DNA of 64,000 nucleotides from Verrucomicrobiota bacterium (GCA_027622665.1 JAQBYT010000007.1:1-64000); one strand, 5' to 3'; positions 29,037 to 39,665 are shown, counted from the stretch's first letter. The notes: generated from the sequence alone by a model not told the origin. Program-made: numbers and translations.

Positions 29037-30149
29037 TCATCGAAGCAGTATTCTCTCTGCAATTTCCAGACCGTAACCTTCGAGACCGATCACCTTGCGG
29101 TTGTCGCGAGTGAGCAGTCTCAGCTTGCGCAACCCGAGAGCCACCAGAATTTGGGCGCCTATCCCATAGTCACGAAAATCCATTCCCGAGGAAGAGGAAG
29201 AAGAAAGAGGAGAGTCCTTGTCCTTCTTCCTGTCTAAGTCTTTGCGGCGAGGTTCCAGATACAGCAAGGCTCCGCGTCCTTCCTGTGCAATGTGGGTGAG
29301 GGACTTCTCGATGCTCTCGGCTCCTTGCGGGCCATCCTTCATGCGAAATACGTCGCTCAAAATATTTGCCGACTGTACTCGAGCTAAAGTTGGACCTCTT
29401 GTCAATTTCCCCATGGTCAGGGCATAATGTCGACGTTCGTCGAGCACACTCCGGAATTCGTGTAAGCGGAAATTGCCGAATTGGCATGAAAAATCCGTTT
29501 CCGACACTTTCTCGATCAGCTTTTCGCGTAGGTGCCTATATTCGATCAGGGAGGCGATGGAAATAAGCTTCAGCTTGTGCTTCTTTTTAAACCGTACGAG
29601 TTCGGGCAATCGAGCCATGGATCCGTTCTCGTTCAGGATCTCGCAAATGATCCCGCTCGGGTGGAGTCCCGCAAGGGAGGCGAGGTCCACTGCGGCCTCG
29701 GTATGCCCTGCGCGCTCGAGAACCCCGCCAGGCCTCGCCCGCAAAGGAAAGACGTGACCGGGTTGCACCAGTTCGTCGGGACGGGCGCGAGGGTTGGCCA
29801 GAATGCTGATGGTTGTGGCTCGGTCATAGGCGCTGATCCCGGTCGTTATACCCTCGGCTGCGTCCACGGAAACGGTAAAGTCAGTCTTTTGGGCTTCTCG
29901 GTTGATTGTCACCATGCTGTTGATGCCGAGATGGCTCAACTGGTTGTTTACAAGCGGCACGCAAATGAGGCCGCGACCATGAAGCAGCATCTGGTTTACG
30001 CTCTGGGGAGTCACTTTGGACGCGGCCATCACGAGATCGCCCTCGTTTTCTCTGGAGGCATCGTCAGTGACCACCACCATTTTGCCCTTCGCTATGTCGG
30101 CGATGGCTTCATCGACTGTGTCGAAGACATTCTTGGTGGTTTTACCCAT
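29037..30149 (-). CDS. ribB: DHBP synthase fused to a degenerate GTP cyclohydrolase II-like domain (RibBX type)
   Basis: RENEGDL, TDFTVSVDA, GITTGISAYDR, RAGHTEAAVDL; C-terminal domain has RDYGIGAQIL but lacks the Zn-binding cysteines. Confidence 0.9.
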   Translation of the reverse strand: MGKTTKNVFDTVDEAIADIAKGKMVVVTDDASRENEGDLVMAASKVTPQSVNQMLLHGRGLICVPLVNNQLSHLGINSMVTINREAQKTDFTVSVDAAEGITTGISAYDRATTISILANPRARPDELVQPGHVFPLRARPGGVLERAGHTEAAVDLASLAGLHPSGIICEILNENGSMARLPELVRFKKKHKLKLISIASLIEYRHLREKLIEKVSETDFSCQFGNFRLHEFRSVLDERRHYALTMGKLTRGPTLARVQSANILSDVFRMKDGPQGAESIEKSLTHIAQEGRGALLYLEPRRKDLDRKKDKDSPLSSSSSSGMDFRDYGIGAQILVALGLRKLRLLTRDNRKVIGLEGYGLEIAERILLR

Positions 30150-30275
30150 GGTGCAAAATCTTATTCAGGGCTCGTTTGAAAAGGAAATATGTTAACGCAA
30201 ACGGGTTTGTTCTCAACGCTATTCGCGTAATCGTTCAATTGGTCTTCCCTCGTTTCGGAGAGGGGCATCCTCGCG

Positions 30276-31118
30276 TCAGTCCAGACGGAGGGTCACCGGC
30301 ATGTATTTTTTCCCTTTCGACCCCTGCCATCCTGCCGGATGATATAAAAGCCCTTTCACTTCCTCCAGTTTTTCCGGAGCGTAATCAGCGAGGGGGAGGG
30401 TGACGATTAACTCATCGCCCTTCACCTTGAATCGTTGCTTCTTGAGCGTCGTGAAATGGTTCAATTCCGAATAGAAGCAAATTTCCTGATCATCCTCTAC
30501 CGGTACGCCGGCAATGTTTCGGACAGTCAAGATGACCTTTTCGCCATCCCGCTTGGCGCTCTGCTTCCATCCCTGGATAGGTTCCGGAAGCTTCTTTCTC
30601 GCTTTTGCAATGCGAGCTCGCCACTCGTCGTTCCACTTCGGCGTATCGCCGGTCTTTAGTGAAAGAGAGAGATCCTGGAATCCCAAGTTGCAGCACTGCT
30701 TGGCTTCGGGGCCGCAGGCCATCCAGACGGCTTTAGCCTTCAATACCACGGACTCCTTCGGCAACTTCTCCGGGGCCTTCACGTCCACCAAGAGCATGGC
30801 ATCGCTGTTATAGCCGTATGCATCGTAAATCACCATTTTCACTTTTTCGGGAACTTGCCAACGAATAGCGCTCGCCTCAAAGCCTTCGGGCAGGGTCCAT
30901 TTCAGGGAGGTGGCCAACCCCACGGTGCCGGGGTTCATCCAATAGGTGTGAAAGCTTTCGTTGTGGTCTAGAAAGAGCGCCACTGTAAAAGTCTGTCCGG
31001 GAGCGATGGATTCGACCTCCGAGAGCAGGGAATGCCTGACCCCTACGGATTTGGACACCGCGCCAGTCACGGTGGCAACCGCCAGAAAAACCAAAACCGA
31101 AGGTAAGCAAGACTTCAT
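30276..31118 (-). CDS. Secreted DsbD N-terminal-like (protein-disulfide reductase) domain protein
   Basis: HTYWMNPGTVG, WTLPEGF, WMAC...CC; signal peptide. Confidence 0.75.
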   Translation of the reverse strand: MKSCLPSVLVFLAVATVTGAVSKSVGVRHSLLSEVESIAPGQTFTVALFLDHNESFHTYWMNPGTVGLATSLKWTLPEGFEASAIRWQVPEKVKMVIYDAYGYNSDAMLLVDVKAPEKLPKESVVLKAKAVWMACGPEAKQCCNLGFQDLSLSLKTGDTPKWNDEWRARIAKARKKLPEPIQGWKQSAKRDGEKVILTVRNIAGVPVEDDQEICFYSELNHFTTLKKQRFKVKGDELIVTLPLADYAPEKLEEVKGLLYHPAGWQGSKGKKYMPVTLRLD

Positions 31119-31493
31119 GAATGGAAGGTCAACAATCCGAAAAATGATTAGCAGGGTGAGATTATTAGGATTTATAACCTAACCAACCTCGGGTTCCTTC
31201 TCAACGCTTTTCGCTCCCTTCAATAAAGATTCTCCCTTGGGCAGACCTATTTGCACTCGGTGGGCACTTGCGCAAGCCAAGTCACTGGGTGCATTAGTTC
31301 CGTTCCCGCTTGCTTGCGGATTGGGCTTTTTTTACCTTTTGAAGTCCGTGATTGTTGATTAATAATTGTCCCAATGGTGATTTGGTGAACCCGTCAGTGC
31401 GTGGCAATCTCGTCGGTGTCGCCGAAGGTTCGGCTTGATCCCATGGCGAAAGGGCCCTTCTCGCGATGAACATGAGGGGCTGGTGCTCGCCCT

Positions 31494-32563
31494 TTACTCG
31501 AGGGACATCCAAGAGCCAGTGGCGTAGTCGTAGCGCATCGCTTTGCCCTCGATGATTTTGTAGTAGCGCCATCCCGAAGTGACGGTGTCGTAGAGAAAGG
31601 GGTAAACGTCATGTTTCGTCCACATCCAGCCATGATTTGGGAAGTAGAGCCAAATAGAATCCGTTTTCGAGCTTACCTTGTGGAGCCAGCCCAAGTCTGC
31701 ATGGTAAATCCAACCTCCAGCGGTCCTGTAGTAATACCCGAACCAATCGAAACTCTTCCACCCGGAACCATGATTCTCGGCGAGATTCCAGGAGTGTTGC
31801 GAACTCTCGCCCACGTCGAACTCCTGCTTGTCGAAATAGGCGATTCGGTTGGCGATGGTTTTGGAAATGACATCGGCAAGGGACTTCGTTAACCGGTCGG
31901 AACGATAACGGAATGCGAAATAGGGGAGAAAGCTCTCGGCGATGTCCTCGCGGTAAGGGTTGTTCCGAGCGTAGGTGGATATGAACTCGCCATCCGCGTC
32001 TTGCGCGGCAAGCCATTCGGAGGCATTTGCGTGGGTGGCGTCCAGGGAGGTGTGAGCTGCCTCGTGGACGAGGGTTTCCTCGAGTATCCCGTCTGCCGAG
32101 TACTGCTCGGCTTGCCCGGTGTGTATCAATAGGTTTTCGTTACCCCCACCGAAGGGGTTGTTGCCCAAGTGAATCCAGACGGTCTCGACGTCCTTTCGCA
32201 AGCACTTGGGCAAGCGGCCGATGACGGGCGCGTACTTCAAGGCTTCCGCCCGGGCCGTGTGGACATCGCCGAACTCCGGGTTCACTTGTATTTCTATGTC
32301 CGGTCCGTCGCTGAAACTTGCATTGAACAAGAAAGCGTTCAAGTCCACCCAGTCCGCTCTGCGGTCGTACATACTTCGTTGGCCTCGACCGGCATCGGTA
32401 AGCTTTTGGTAAGCGGTCGGATCGGACTCGGTGATTACGTCCGGATCGAGAAAAATCGTGCCTCCGAACGGTGGGGTTCCCTGATCATTGAAACGATGAA
32501 GGTTTCTGCAACGAGAATTAATGAAATGACGGCCAATAGTCTCTTTCCCTTGTCGTTCTTCAC
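31494..32563 (-). pseudogene. HExxH zincin-like secreted protein with Trp-rich C-terminal module; frameshift between signal peptide and mature domain
   Basis: ETLVHEAAH and EDIAESF. The catalytic frame extends upstream of 32372 (PPFGGTIFLDPDVITESDPT) with no start codon; a GTG at 32563 with a signal-like peptide is in another frame. Confidence 0.6.
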
Positions 32564-32632
32564 TTTAAAAAGACTAGAGTAATTTTGTTTCTAAGGCAAA
32601 GACAGGAGTAATATAGGGTTGGTGGCCGGTAG

Positions 32633-33619
32633 TCACTGTGCAAGTGCCATGACTGCCCAGCAGGTGGCGCTGATCGAGATGAACTGGTCTTTCCCGTGGG
32701 GAAACGAGCTCTCGAAATACTTTTGGATGGGTTTGCTACGGGTTTTTACGCGCCAGGAACCATCGGGTTCTTGGTGGCCGAGCAGCCATTTTACGCCGGA
32801 TTTGTATTGGGGAGAATGGGCAGGCAGGGCACCGCTTCGCATCAAGGCCGAAAGGGCTAGCCCGGTGGCGTAGGCGTCGCTGTTCATGTCGGGCGTTTGG
32901 GACCAACCTCCGTCCGAGGATTGTAGGTCGAGGAGGGACTTGGCCGCTGTCTGCTTTTCGTCAGCTCTCTCGTCGCCCCAATGAAGGCCGAAAACCTTGA
33001 AGGCGTGGTCCTCGGTCGATTTCAGCTCCGTTTTCTTCAGCCATGCCAAGGCCCGCTTGATGGGTTCGGCTTTCTCGGTGGGTTCAGCGAATTCGGCGAT
33101 ACCTTTGATCGCCAATGCGGTGGCCGTGAAGTGGCTGTCCTCGAGGGGAGGTCTATGGGTGCGGATGCGCCAACCGCCGTCCTCGTGCTCGGTTTTCAAT
33201 AAGTATTGGACGAGTGCTTTCGTGACCTCGCTCGGCGGAGTTCCCGCCGCAGCCAATCCCGTTAGGGCGTAGCCCGCATTATAGGCCCCGCCGGGCACGC
33301 CTTCTCCTTTTAATAGACGTTTTCGTCGATCTCCGAAGTATTCCAAGGCGAACTGCACCTGCACGGAGAGGGAATCGGGCTGAAGTTCGATGCCCGAGAG
33401 CTCGGCCCGGCTCATCGCCATCATGGTGAGTGCCTGATGATGGCAGGAAAAGCATTCCCGCTTGTCGACGTAAGTGGCGGAGCTTTTCTCGATCAGTGAG
33501 ACGGCTAGCTCCACGGTGGCCCGAAGAGGGACGTCTTTGACCTGACTCGACGGTGGGAGCGCGGAGGCAGCCGTGAGGATGATGACGGTGAAGGCCAAAG
33601 TTGCCCGAATGGCGTTCAT
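32633..33619 (-). CDS. Prenyltransferase/squalene-cyclase-like repeat protein, secreted
   Basis: QW-like repeats (LQSSDGGW, HQEPDGSW), SDAYATG, DQFISISATCWA; CFSCHH motif. Confidence 0.8.
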   Translation of the reverse strand: MNAIRATLAFTVIILTAASALPPSSQVKDVPLRATVELAVSLIEKSSATYVDKRECFSCHHQALTMMAMSRAELSGIELQPDSLSVQVQFALEYFGDRRKRLLKGEGVPGGAYNAGYALTGLAAAGTPPSEVTKALVQYLLKTEHEDGGWRIRTHRPPLEDSHFTATALAIKGIAEFAEPTEKAEPIKRALAWLKKTELKSTEDHAFKVFGLHWGDERADEKQTAAKSLLDLQSSDGGWSQTPDMNSDAYATGLALSALMRSGALPAHSPQYKSGVKWLLGHQEPDGSWRVKTRSKPIQKYFESSFPHGKDQFISISATCWAVMALAQ

Positions 33620-33797
33620 CCCGTGAGCATAGAGTTGTCGGACACGCCGTCAACCTCGAGCTGACTCCTAGCGGTGGTTTTGGGATTGTGGAGTTTGGTT
33701 TAGAGCACGGAAGAGGTGAGACGACTTGACGGTGGTGATTTCGTTATCTAATGATTTTAAAACTTGCTTCCGCAAACCTCATCACAAATAACTAGTT

Positions 33798-34721
33798 ATG
33801 AATAAATCATTATGGATGACCTCTCTCGCTGTGTTTCTTCCGCTTGCTTCGATTGTTGCCAAGCCACTGAACTTGGAGCAGGTGGCTGATGACGCGAACT
33901 GGTTGATGCACGTAGATTTCGACACGGCCAGAGCTTCGAGCATCGGTTCCTTCATCATGGATGAAATCGAAAGCAAATCGGAAGCCGTTGAACGGATGGC
34001 CGAGGTGCGGGCATCTTACGGCGTAGACCCCAAGGGGTTCTCGGGCCTGACGATGTTTGGTAACGGTGAGCATAAAAAAGGCATAGCGATCATGTCCGGA
34101 GGCGTAGACCCCGCGAAGATGACAGCCTTTGCCCGTAAGAACGATACTTTTGAGACGATCAGGTCGGGGAAAGATGAAATCCATTCCCTGAATCAGGACA
34201 AGAGGCACCCGATGGCCTTCTCCACGCTGAAGAACGACGTCATCGTGGGCGGACCCGATGCCGATTACGTTAGACAGGGAATCAAGTTGGCCAAGGGAAA
34301 GGGAGCGTCAAGAGGTCCGATCGCCCTGTTGGGAGAACTTTGTCAAATCATAGATAATCCCGGGTTCATCGCCTACGTCGACTTGGCCAAGGCATCGGCC
34401 CACCATGATCTCGACAGACGCGGGATGGGCATGGCGAAGAAGATGAAATCCATGGGGATGGTGGTCGGGGAAGCCGACGGTTTGCTTAAAATGGTGGCGA
34501 TCGTGGTGGCTGAAGACGAGGAGACCGCCGCCCAAATGGAAGGCATGGCCAATGGCATGATGGCGATGGCCGCCTTGGGCAAGGACTCTACACATCGTCT
34601 GGCTAATCTGTTGAAAAGCCAGTCGGTGACTCGAACCGGCAATACGGTTACCTTACAGGTCGGGTTGGCCATCGATGTGATCGAGGATCACATCGAGAAG
34701 GAAATGCGGAAGCGCATTTAA
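33798..34721 (+). CDS. Secreted hypothetical protein
   Basis: 307-aa ORF with signal peptide; no recognised catalytic motif. Confidence 0.75.
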   Translation: MNKSLWMTSLAVFLPLASIVAKPLNLEQVADDANWLMHVDFDTARASSIGSFIMDEIESKSEAVERMAEVRASYGVDPKGFSGLTMFGNGEHKKGIAIMSGGVDPAKMTAFARKNDTFETIRSGKDEIHSLNQDKRHPMAFSTLKNDVIVGGPDADYVRQGIKLAKGKGASRGPIALLGELCQIIDNPGFIAYVDLAKASAHHDLDRRGMGMAKKMKSMGMVVGEADGLLKMVAIVVAEDEETAAQMEGMANGMMAMAALGKDSTHRLANLLKSQSVTRTGNTVTLQVGLAIDVIEDHIEKEMRKRI

Positions 34722-34859
34722 GGCGATTGCCCCGGATCTGTAAGATTTTCTTGGGCGACGTTATCGCCATAGAGTGTGAGGAGGACATTTTCCTCTTTTC
34801 TTTAATATTCTCCATTCCTCGTTTGACTTAAACACATTGGAAATATTTCCTCTGTTACC

Positions 34860-35840
34860 TTGAATAATTCATTTGATGCGAGTTTGCCGGAATTCCTGAG
34901 AGGTGGAAGAATCCTTTGGGTCGTAGCCGGAATATTAGTAATAGCGGGATTGGGATCCTCCATCTATACGGTGGAACCCGAATCCGAAGGGGTTGTCCTG
35001 CGGTTCGGCAAGCACCTCGACACCGTTCCTGCGGGCCTTCATTGGAAATTGCCGTTCGGTATCGACGACGTGTACGTGCTTCCGGTTAAGCGGCAACTGA
35101 AGCAGGAATTCGGTTTTGGGTCGGAGGGTGCAACCAATGACTCACAGGTTTCTTCCAGAAGGGAGCAAGACCAAGAACGCAGCATGGTCACGGGGGACCT
35201 GAACACCGCAGTCGTCGAATGGGTGGTGCAGTACCGAATCGTGCAACCCGATAAGTTTCTATTCAAGGTGCAGAACCCGGAAGATACCCTCCGAAACGTT
35301 TCGCAGGCTGTTATGCGGACTATGGTGGGTGATCGTACAGTGGACGAGGTGATTACAATCGGACGACAGGAAATCGAGGAACAAGCTCGTATAATGCTGG
35401 CGGAACAGGTGAACAATTATGAGCTCGGCATTCAGATAGACCTTATCCAGCTCCTCAACGTCAAGCCTCCTCCCCTCGTCGAACCTTCTTTCAACGAGGT
35501 GAATCAGGCGAAACAAGAGAAGAAGCGTATGATCAACGTTGCCGAGGGCAAGAAAGAGGAGGTCCGCAAGGCCGAGGGAGAAGCCCAGCAAAAGATTCAA
35601 GCGGCTGAAGGCTATGCGGAAAAGAGGGTAAATGAAGCCGAAGGAGACGTGTCTAGATTCAATGCGGTTTTCGATGAATACCTTAAGGCGCCGCAAGTGA
35701 CCAAGCAGCGTCTTTACCTAGAAACGATGAAAGAGGTCTTGCCTCAACTCGGGCGTAAGATCATTTTGGATCAAGAGCTCTCCCGAGTTCTTCCTCTTCT
35801 TCAACTGGAAACGGCGCTGGATGGAAGGAGTTCACGATGA
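34860..35840 (+). CDS. hflK: FtsH protease modulator HflK
   Basis: SPFH domain: GVVLRFGK, GLHWKLPFGID, MVTGDLN, VTKQRLYLETM. Confidence 0.93.
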   Translation: MNNSFDASLPEFLRGGRILWVVAGILVIAGLGSSIYTVEPESEGVVLRFGKHLDTVPAGLHWKLPFGIDDVYVLPVKRQLKQEFGFGSEGATNDSQVSSRREQDQERSMVTGDLNTAVVEWVVQYRIVQPDKFLFKVQNPEDTLRNVSQAVMRTMVGDRTVDEVITIGRQEIEEQARIMLAEQVNNYELGIQIDLIQLLNVKPPPLVEPSFNEVNQAKQEKKRMINVAEGKKEEVRKAEGEAQQKIQAAEGYAEKRVNEAEGDVSRFNAVFDEYLKAPQVTKQRLYLETMKEVLPQLGRKIILDQELSRVLPLLQLETALDGRSSR

Positions 35841-36832
35841 AGAAAATGAACGCATTCTTTTTCCCTATTCTGTTCCTTGTGCCGATGGCGATATTCACTC
35901 TTTTTATGAGTGCCTATGTCGTACACGAGACAGAGCAGGTGATCATCACCCAGTTTGGCGAAATCGAGGGTGACCCCGTGACTGAACCAGGTTTGCATTT
36001 CAAGCTCCCCTTCGTGCAGAAGGTGAATCGGATCGAAAAGCGTTTTCTTCCTTGGGACGGACCCGCGAATGAAATGTCCACCAAGAAAAAGGACTACCTG
36101 ATCGTCGATACCTTTGCCCGTTGGAAAATAAGCGACCCCAAGCTGTATTTCACAAACCTTCGCGATGAACGCAGTGCGCTTTCTCGCCTGAACGATATCC
36201 TCGGCAGCGAAACCCGCAATGCCGTGGCGAAGCATGAAATCATCGAAATCATTCGCAGCAACAAGAATCGTGTGCCCGCCCGCGATGAAACCCTGTACGA
36301 GCTTAACGAGCGCAATGGAAGCGTATTCACTGATCTCAGTTTCGGGAGAGAAGACGTGGAGGCGCAGATTTTCGAAACCGCCGGCCCAAAGCTGAAAAAC
36401 CTCGGCATTGAATTGCTCGACATACGTTTCAAGCGCATAAACTACAATGAGACCGTGCGTCGGGAAATTTACGCCAGCATGATCAGTGAACGACAGGAAA
36501 TTGCGGCGCGATATCGTTTCGAGGGAGACGGAGAAGCGGCAAGAATAGAAGGCGAGAAGGAACGACGATTAGCAGTAGTTGCCTCCGAAGCTTACAGAAC
36601 CGTGGAGGAAATTCGCGGCAAGGCGGATGCCAGTGCCACCGCCATTTATGCCAAGGCTTACAACAAGACGCCCGAGGCGGCTAAGTTTTATGCCTTTCTA
36701 CAGACCTTGGAAACCTACAAGGTGATACTCGATCGTCAGTCTTCCTTAATACTCACGACCGATAGCCCCTTGTTCAATCTCTTCAAGAGCCTAAATGTTG
36801 AAGTTGAGGAAGTTGAAGAGCTTGCTCCCTAA
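35837..36832 (+). CDS. hflC: FtsH protease modulator HflC
   Basis: EQVIITQFG, PGLHFKLPFVQ, MISERQEIAARYR, FYAFLQTLETY; overlaps hflK. Confidence 0.93.
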   Translation: MKKMNAFFFPILFLVPMAIFTLFMSAYVVHETEQVIITQFGEIEGDPVTEPGLHFKLPFVQKVNRIEKRFLPWDGPANEMSTKKKDYLIVDTFARWKISDPKLYFTNLRDERSALSRLNDILGSETRNAVAKHEIIEIIRSNKNRVPARDETLYELNERNGSVFTDLSFGREDVEAQIFETAGPKLKNLGIELLDIRFKRINYNETVRREIYASMISERQEIAARYRFEGDGEAARIEGEKERRLAVVASEAYRTVEEIRGKADASATAIYAKAYNKTPEAAKFYAFLQTLETYKVILDRQSSLILTTDSPLFNLFKSLNVEVEEVEELAP

Positions 36833-36855
36833 CCGGGTTTCCGTTTTGTTTGCCA

Positions 36856-37974
36856 CTAATCCGTTGGCGGGGTTCGAGCTTCTCCGGGCTTGACCGATTG
36901 CCCGGTCTCGGCGCTTTGAAGGGCGGCGAAGCAAAGCTCCAGTGATTGCAGGTTGTTTCTTGCGCTGTGGGAGGGTTCCCGGTTCTCCTCTATTGCGCAT
37001 AGCAGTTCGCCCATGGTTCCTTGAAAGCCCGACTCGAACCAGCTGCCGGTCAACGGAACCTGGACAAATCCTTCCTCAAGGTAAACTGCTATTTCGGTTT
37101 GGTCGTTGAGACCGGGTCCGCGTGATCGAAGAGTACCTTTAGTGCCGACGACGGTGGTGACGTCTTCCTCGCCTAGCTTTGTGTGGGCGTTGAAGCCCAT
37201 GCGAACCTGAGCCTCCGGATACTCGATGATTACCGAACCAAGGGCGGGTGGGCGATAGACCTGCTCGGAGTAACCGACGGCGGACGCGAATACCTTGCTC
37301 GGCGTTTGCCCAGTCATCAGGCAGCTAGTTATGTCGAACCAGTGAACGGCGAAATCGAACAGCACCATGTGCCCGATCCTTTCGAATCCCGGAATGCCCT
37401 TAATCCAAGTTTGGTCCCATTGCAGGGAGAAATCCACGGAGGTCACACGCCCGATCAGGCCCGATGCGATTGCCTTGCGAAGGTAACTGAAGTGGGGTGC
37501 CCATCGACCGTTTTGGTTGACGGCTATTTTTAGGTTTTTCTCTTCCGCCAAGGCGACGAGCTTTTCGCCTTCGTCGAGGTCGAGTACGAAAGGTTTTTGA
37601 CTGAGCACGTGCTTCCCCGCATCCAAGGACTCACGAAGGATGGGAAAGCGATCGGCGGGGTGGGGTGTCACGTCGACGACTTCGATATCCTCGACCTCGA
37701 GCAATTCTCGGTAATCCTCGAAGACGAGCGCGTCGGGGTAAAACTGATCCCGTTTTTCTTCGGCCTTTGATCGTGTGCGGTTGGCGATTGCCGTGACTTC
37801 GAATCCGCACGCCTTGTAGTTCTTGAGATGGAACTCGCTGATACCCCCGGCTCCGATCAAGCCGATCTTCGGGTTGTAGCTTTTCGGTTTCTTGGGAAGG
37901 TAGTCGACCGGCGGTGGATCGATCGTCTTTTCTACCTTTTCGGGACTCAGCCCATAGTCGTCGTCTTCCGACAT
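36856..37974 (-). CDS. Gfo/Idh/MocA-family oxidoreductase
   Basis: IGLIGAGGIS, GKHVLSQKP, VNQNGRWAP, FAVHWFD. Confidence 0.9.
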   Translation of the reverse strand: MSEDDDYGLSPEKVEKTIDPPPVDYLPKKPKSYNPKIGLIGAGGISEFHLKNYKACGFEVTAIANRTRSKAEEKRDQFYPDALVFEDYRELLEVEDIEVVDVTPHPADRFPILRESLDAGKHVLSQKPFVLDLDEGEKLVALAEEKNLKIAVNQNGRWAPHFSYLRKAIASGLIGRVTSVDFSLQWDQTWIKGIPGFERIGHMVLFDFAVHWFDITSCLMTGQTPSKVFASAVGYSEQVYRPPALGSVIIEYPEAQVRMGFNAHTKLGEEDVTTVVGTKGTLRSRGPGLNDQTEIAVYLEEGFVQVPLTGSWFESGFQGTMGELLCAIEENREPSHSARNNLQSLELCFAALQSAETGQSVKPGEARTPPTD

Positions 37975-37986
37975 GTCGCGTTTCTT

Positions 37987-38812
37987 TTAGCTGCGAAGAC
38001 CTACCAGCTCCATCATTTCGGCTGTTGAGCGGTAGGCTTCCTCCACCCACTCGACGATCTTCGACGGATCCGGGGAGTACTCCAGTTCGAGTGAGATCGA
38101 ACCATCGAAATCGAGATCCTTGATGGCTTGCAGGTAAGGCGAGAACTTTACTACTCCTCTGCCGGGAGGAAGATCTCCGTGCACCTTGCCGTCGCAATCG
38201 CTAATGTGTACGTGGGTTGCCTTTCCCTTGAGGCTAGTCAACTCGGCCGGCGATACGTCGGCGAGGACGAGGTGGCTGACGTCGATGTTGGCCTTCACTC
38301 CGGGGTGGGCGCAGTCGTCGATGAACCTGACCATCTCCTTTACGTTGTTTAGCAAGCTCAGCCTGAATGGCTCGAGCTCGAGGGCAATTTCGATACCGCT
38401 CTGGCCCGCGTAGTCGGCAATTTTGCGGGTGTTCTCAATTGCCCATTGCCATTGCATCTCGGGAGGGATCACTTCGCGCTGCCAAATGTATTCGCCCAGT
38501 ACGAGAAGGAGGTTGTCGGACTTGAAACGAGCGGCGAGGTCCACGAATTTCTTGGCCCGTTCTACGTGAAAGAAAGTCGCGGACGGGGTCATTGAAGTCT
38601 ATCAACCCTGCTGCGACGACGACGACGGAAACGATGGGCAGGTTATTCTCGCCGCAGGTTGATTCAATGAGCTGAATCTCGTCTTCCCGTATGGTCATTG
38701 CCTCGGTGAAAACGTCGACCGAGTCGAAGGCGATGCGGGCTATGTGTTCCAAGCCGGTTTTAGTGTCTACACCGGCTTGATCGAAAGCGCTGTTGATGAT
38801 TCCAAGTTTCAT
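37987..38812 (-). pseudogene. Sugar phosphate isomerase/epimerase (xylose-isomerase-like TIM barrel), frameshifted
   Basis: N-half (MKLGIINS...DFNDPVRDF) and C-half (HVERAK...LELEP...NIDVSH...HVHISD...LELE) are in different frames, joined at a CTTT duplication (38568-38576). Confidence 0.8.
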
Positions 38813-38825
38813 AATATTGAAAGGA

Positions 38826-39665
38826 TTAAACGTTTAATTCTTCGAGGCTTTGGGCACTCTCGTCTTCCACCTTCAGGTCCGAGAACGAGACTTCCGAGCC
38901 TTTAGTATGCGCGTAACCGACTTCCAGCACCTTTTCGTCTTCCACTTTGTGAAGCTTGGTGTAGCGGGGGTGATGCGAGTCCTTATAGGGGTCGTTCGCG
39001 GCGGCGTTGTAACAACAGATCATGGCCCAGCGAGAATTTTCCGAATTATTGGCTGCCGAGCAGTGGAGCAAGTTCGGATGAAAGAACAAGGAGTCGCCGG
39101 GATCCAACACGACGTGCACGAGGTCGAGACGCTTTTTCGCTTCTTCGACCCGTTCCGAGTCGGCTCCCGCTTGATCGCCGGACAAGATGTGATTCACTCT
39201 GCCCATCTTGTGGGAATTCTTGAGAACTTGCAGGCAACCGTTTTCCTGGGTTGCGGCATCCACGGCGATCATGACGCTGCACAAGTCGGGAAAAAGAACT
39301 CCGTTCTGGTACCAATAACCGTAGTCCTGATGCCAAGCCCAAGCCCCTCCGATCTTTGCGTCCTTCAAGATCATTTTGGAATGGTAGTGGTATGCTTCGC
39401 CACCGAGCAATTGCTCGACCGATTCCACCACCCGTTTGCAGCGTGCGAACATACCGTAGATCCCATCACCGGGATGGTTCCACAAGGCGAGTCGCACCTC
39501 ATTGCCTTTGCCGTCGTCCATGGAGGAGGAAGCCTTGTCCATGGCGTTGTCGTGATCAGCCGTTGAGCGTAACACCTTTGTCTCTTCTTTGGAAAAAAGT
39601 CCTCGGACGATTACATAGCCGTCTTCCTCGTAGGAGGATATCTGTTCTGGTGTGAGTAGTGACAT
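38826..39665 (-). CDS. Phytanoyl-CoA dioxygenase (PhyH)-family Fe(II)/2-oxoglutarate dioxygenase
   Basis: YEEDGYVIVR, WHQDYGYW, ENGCLQV, FFHPNLLHCS. Confidence 0.9.
   Translation of the reverse strand: MSLLTPEQISSYEEDGYVIVRGLFSKEETKVLRSTADHDNAMDKASSSMDDGKGNEVRLALWNHPGDGIYGMFARCKRVVESVEQLLGGEAYHYHSKMILKDAKIGGAWAWHQDYGYWYQNGVLFPDLCSVMIAVDAATQENGCLQVLKNSHKMGRVNHILSGDQAGADSERVEEAKKRLDLVHVVLDPGDSLFFHPNLLHCSAANNSENSRWAMICCYNAAANDPYKDSHHPRYTKLHKVEDEKVLEVGYAHTKGSEVSFSDLKVEDESAQSLEELNV

Noticed and set aside
31393..31410. GTCAGTGCGTGGCAATCT, resembling a remnant of the 4.5-4.8 kb palindromic repeat near another tail gene
   Set aside because: Only about 11 matching bases and no partner arm; could be chance.
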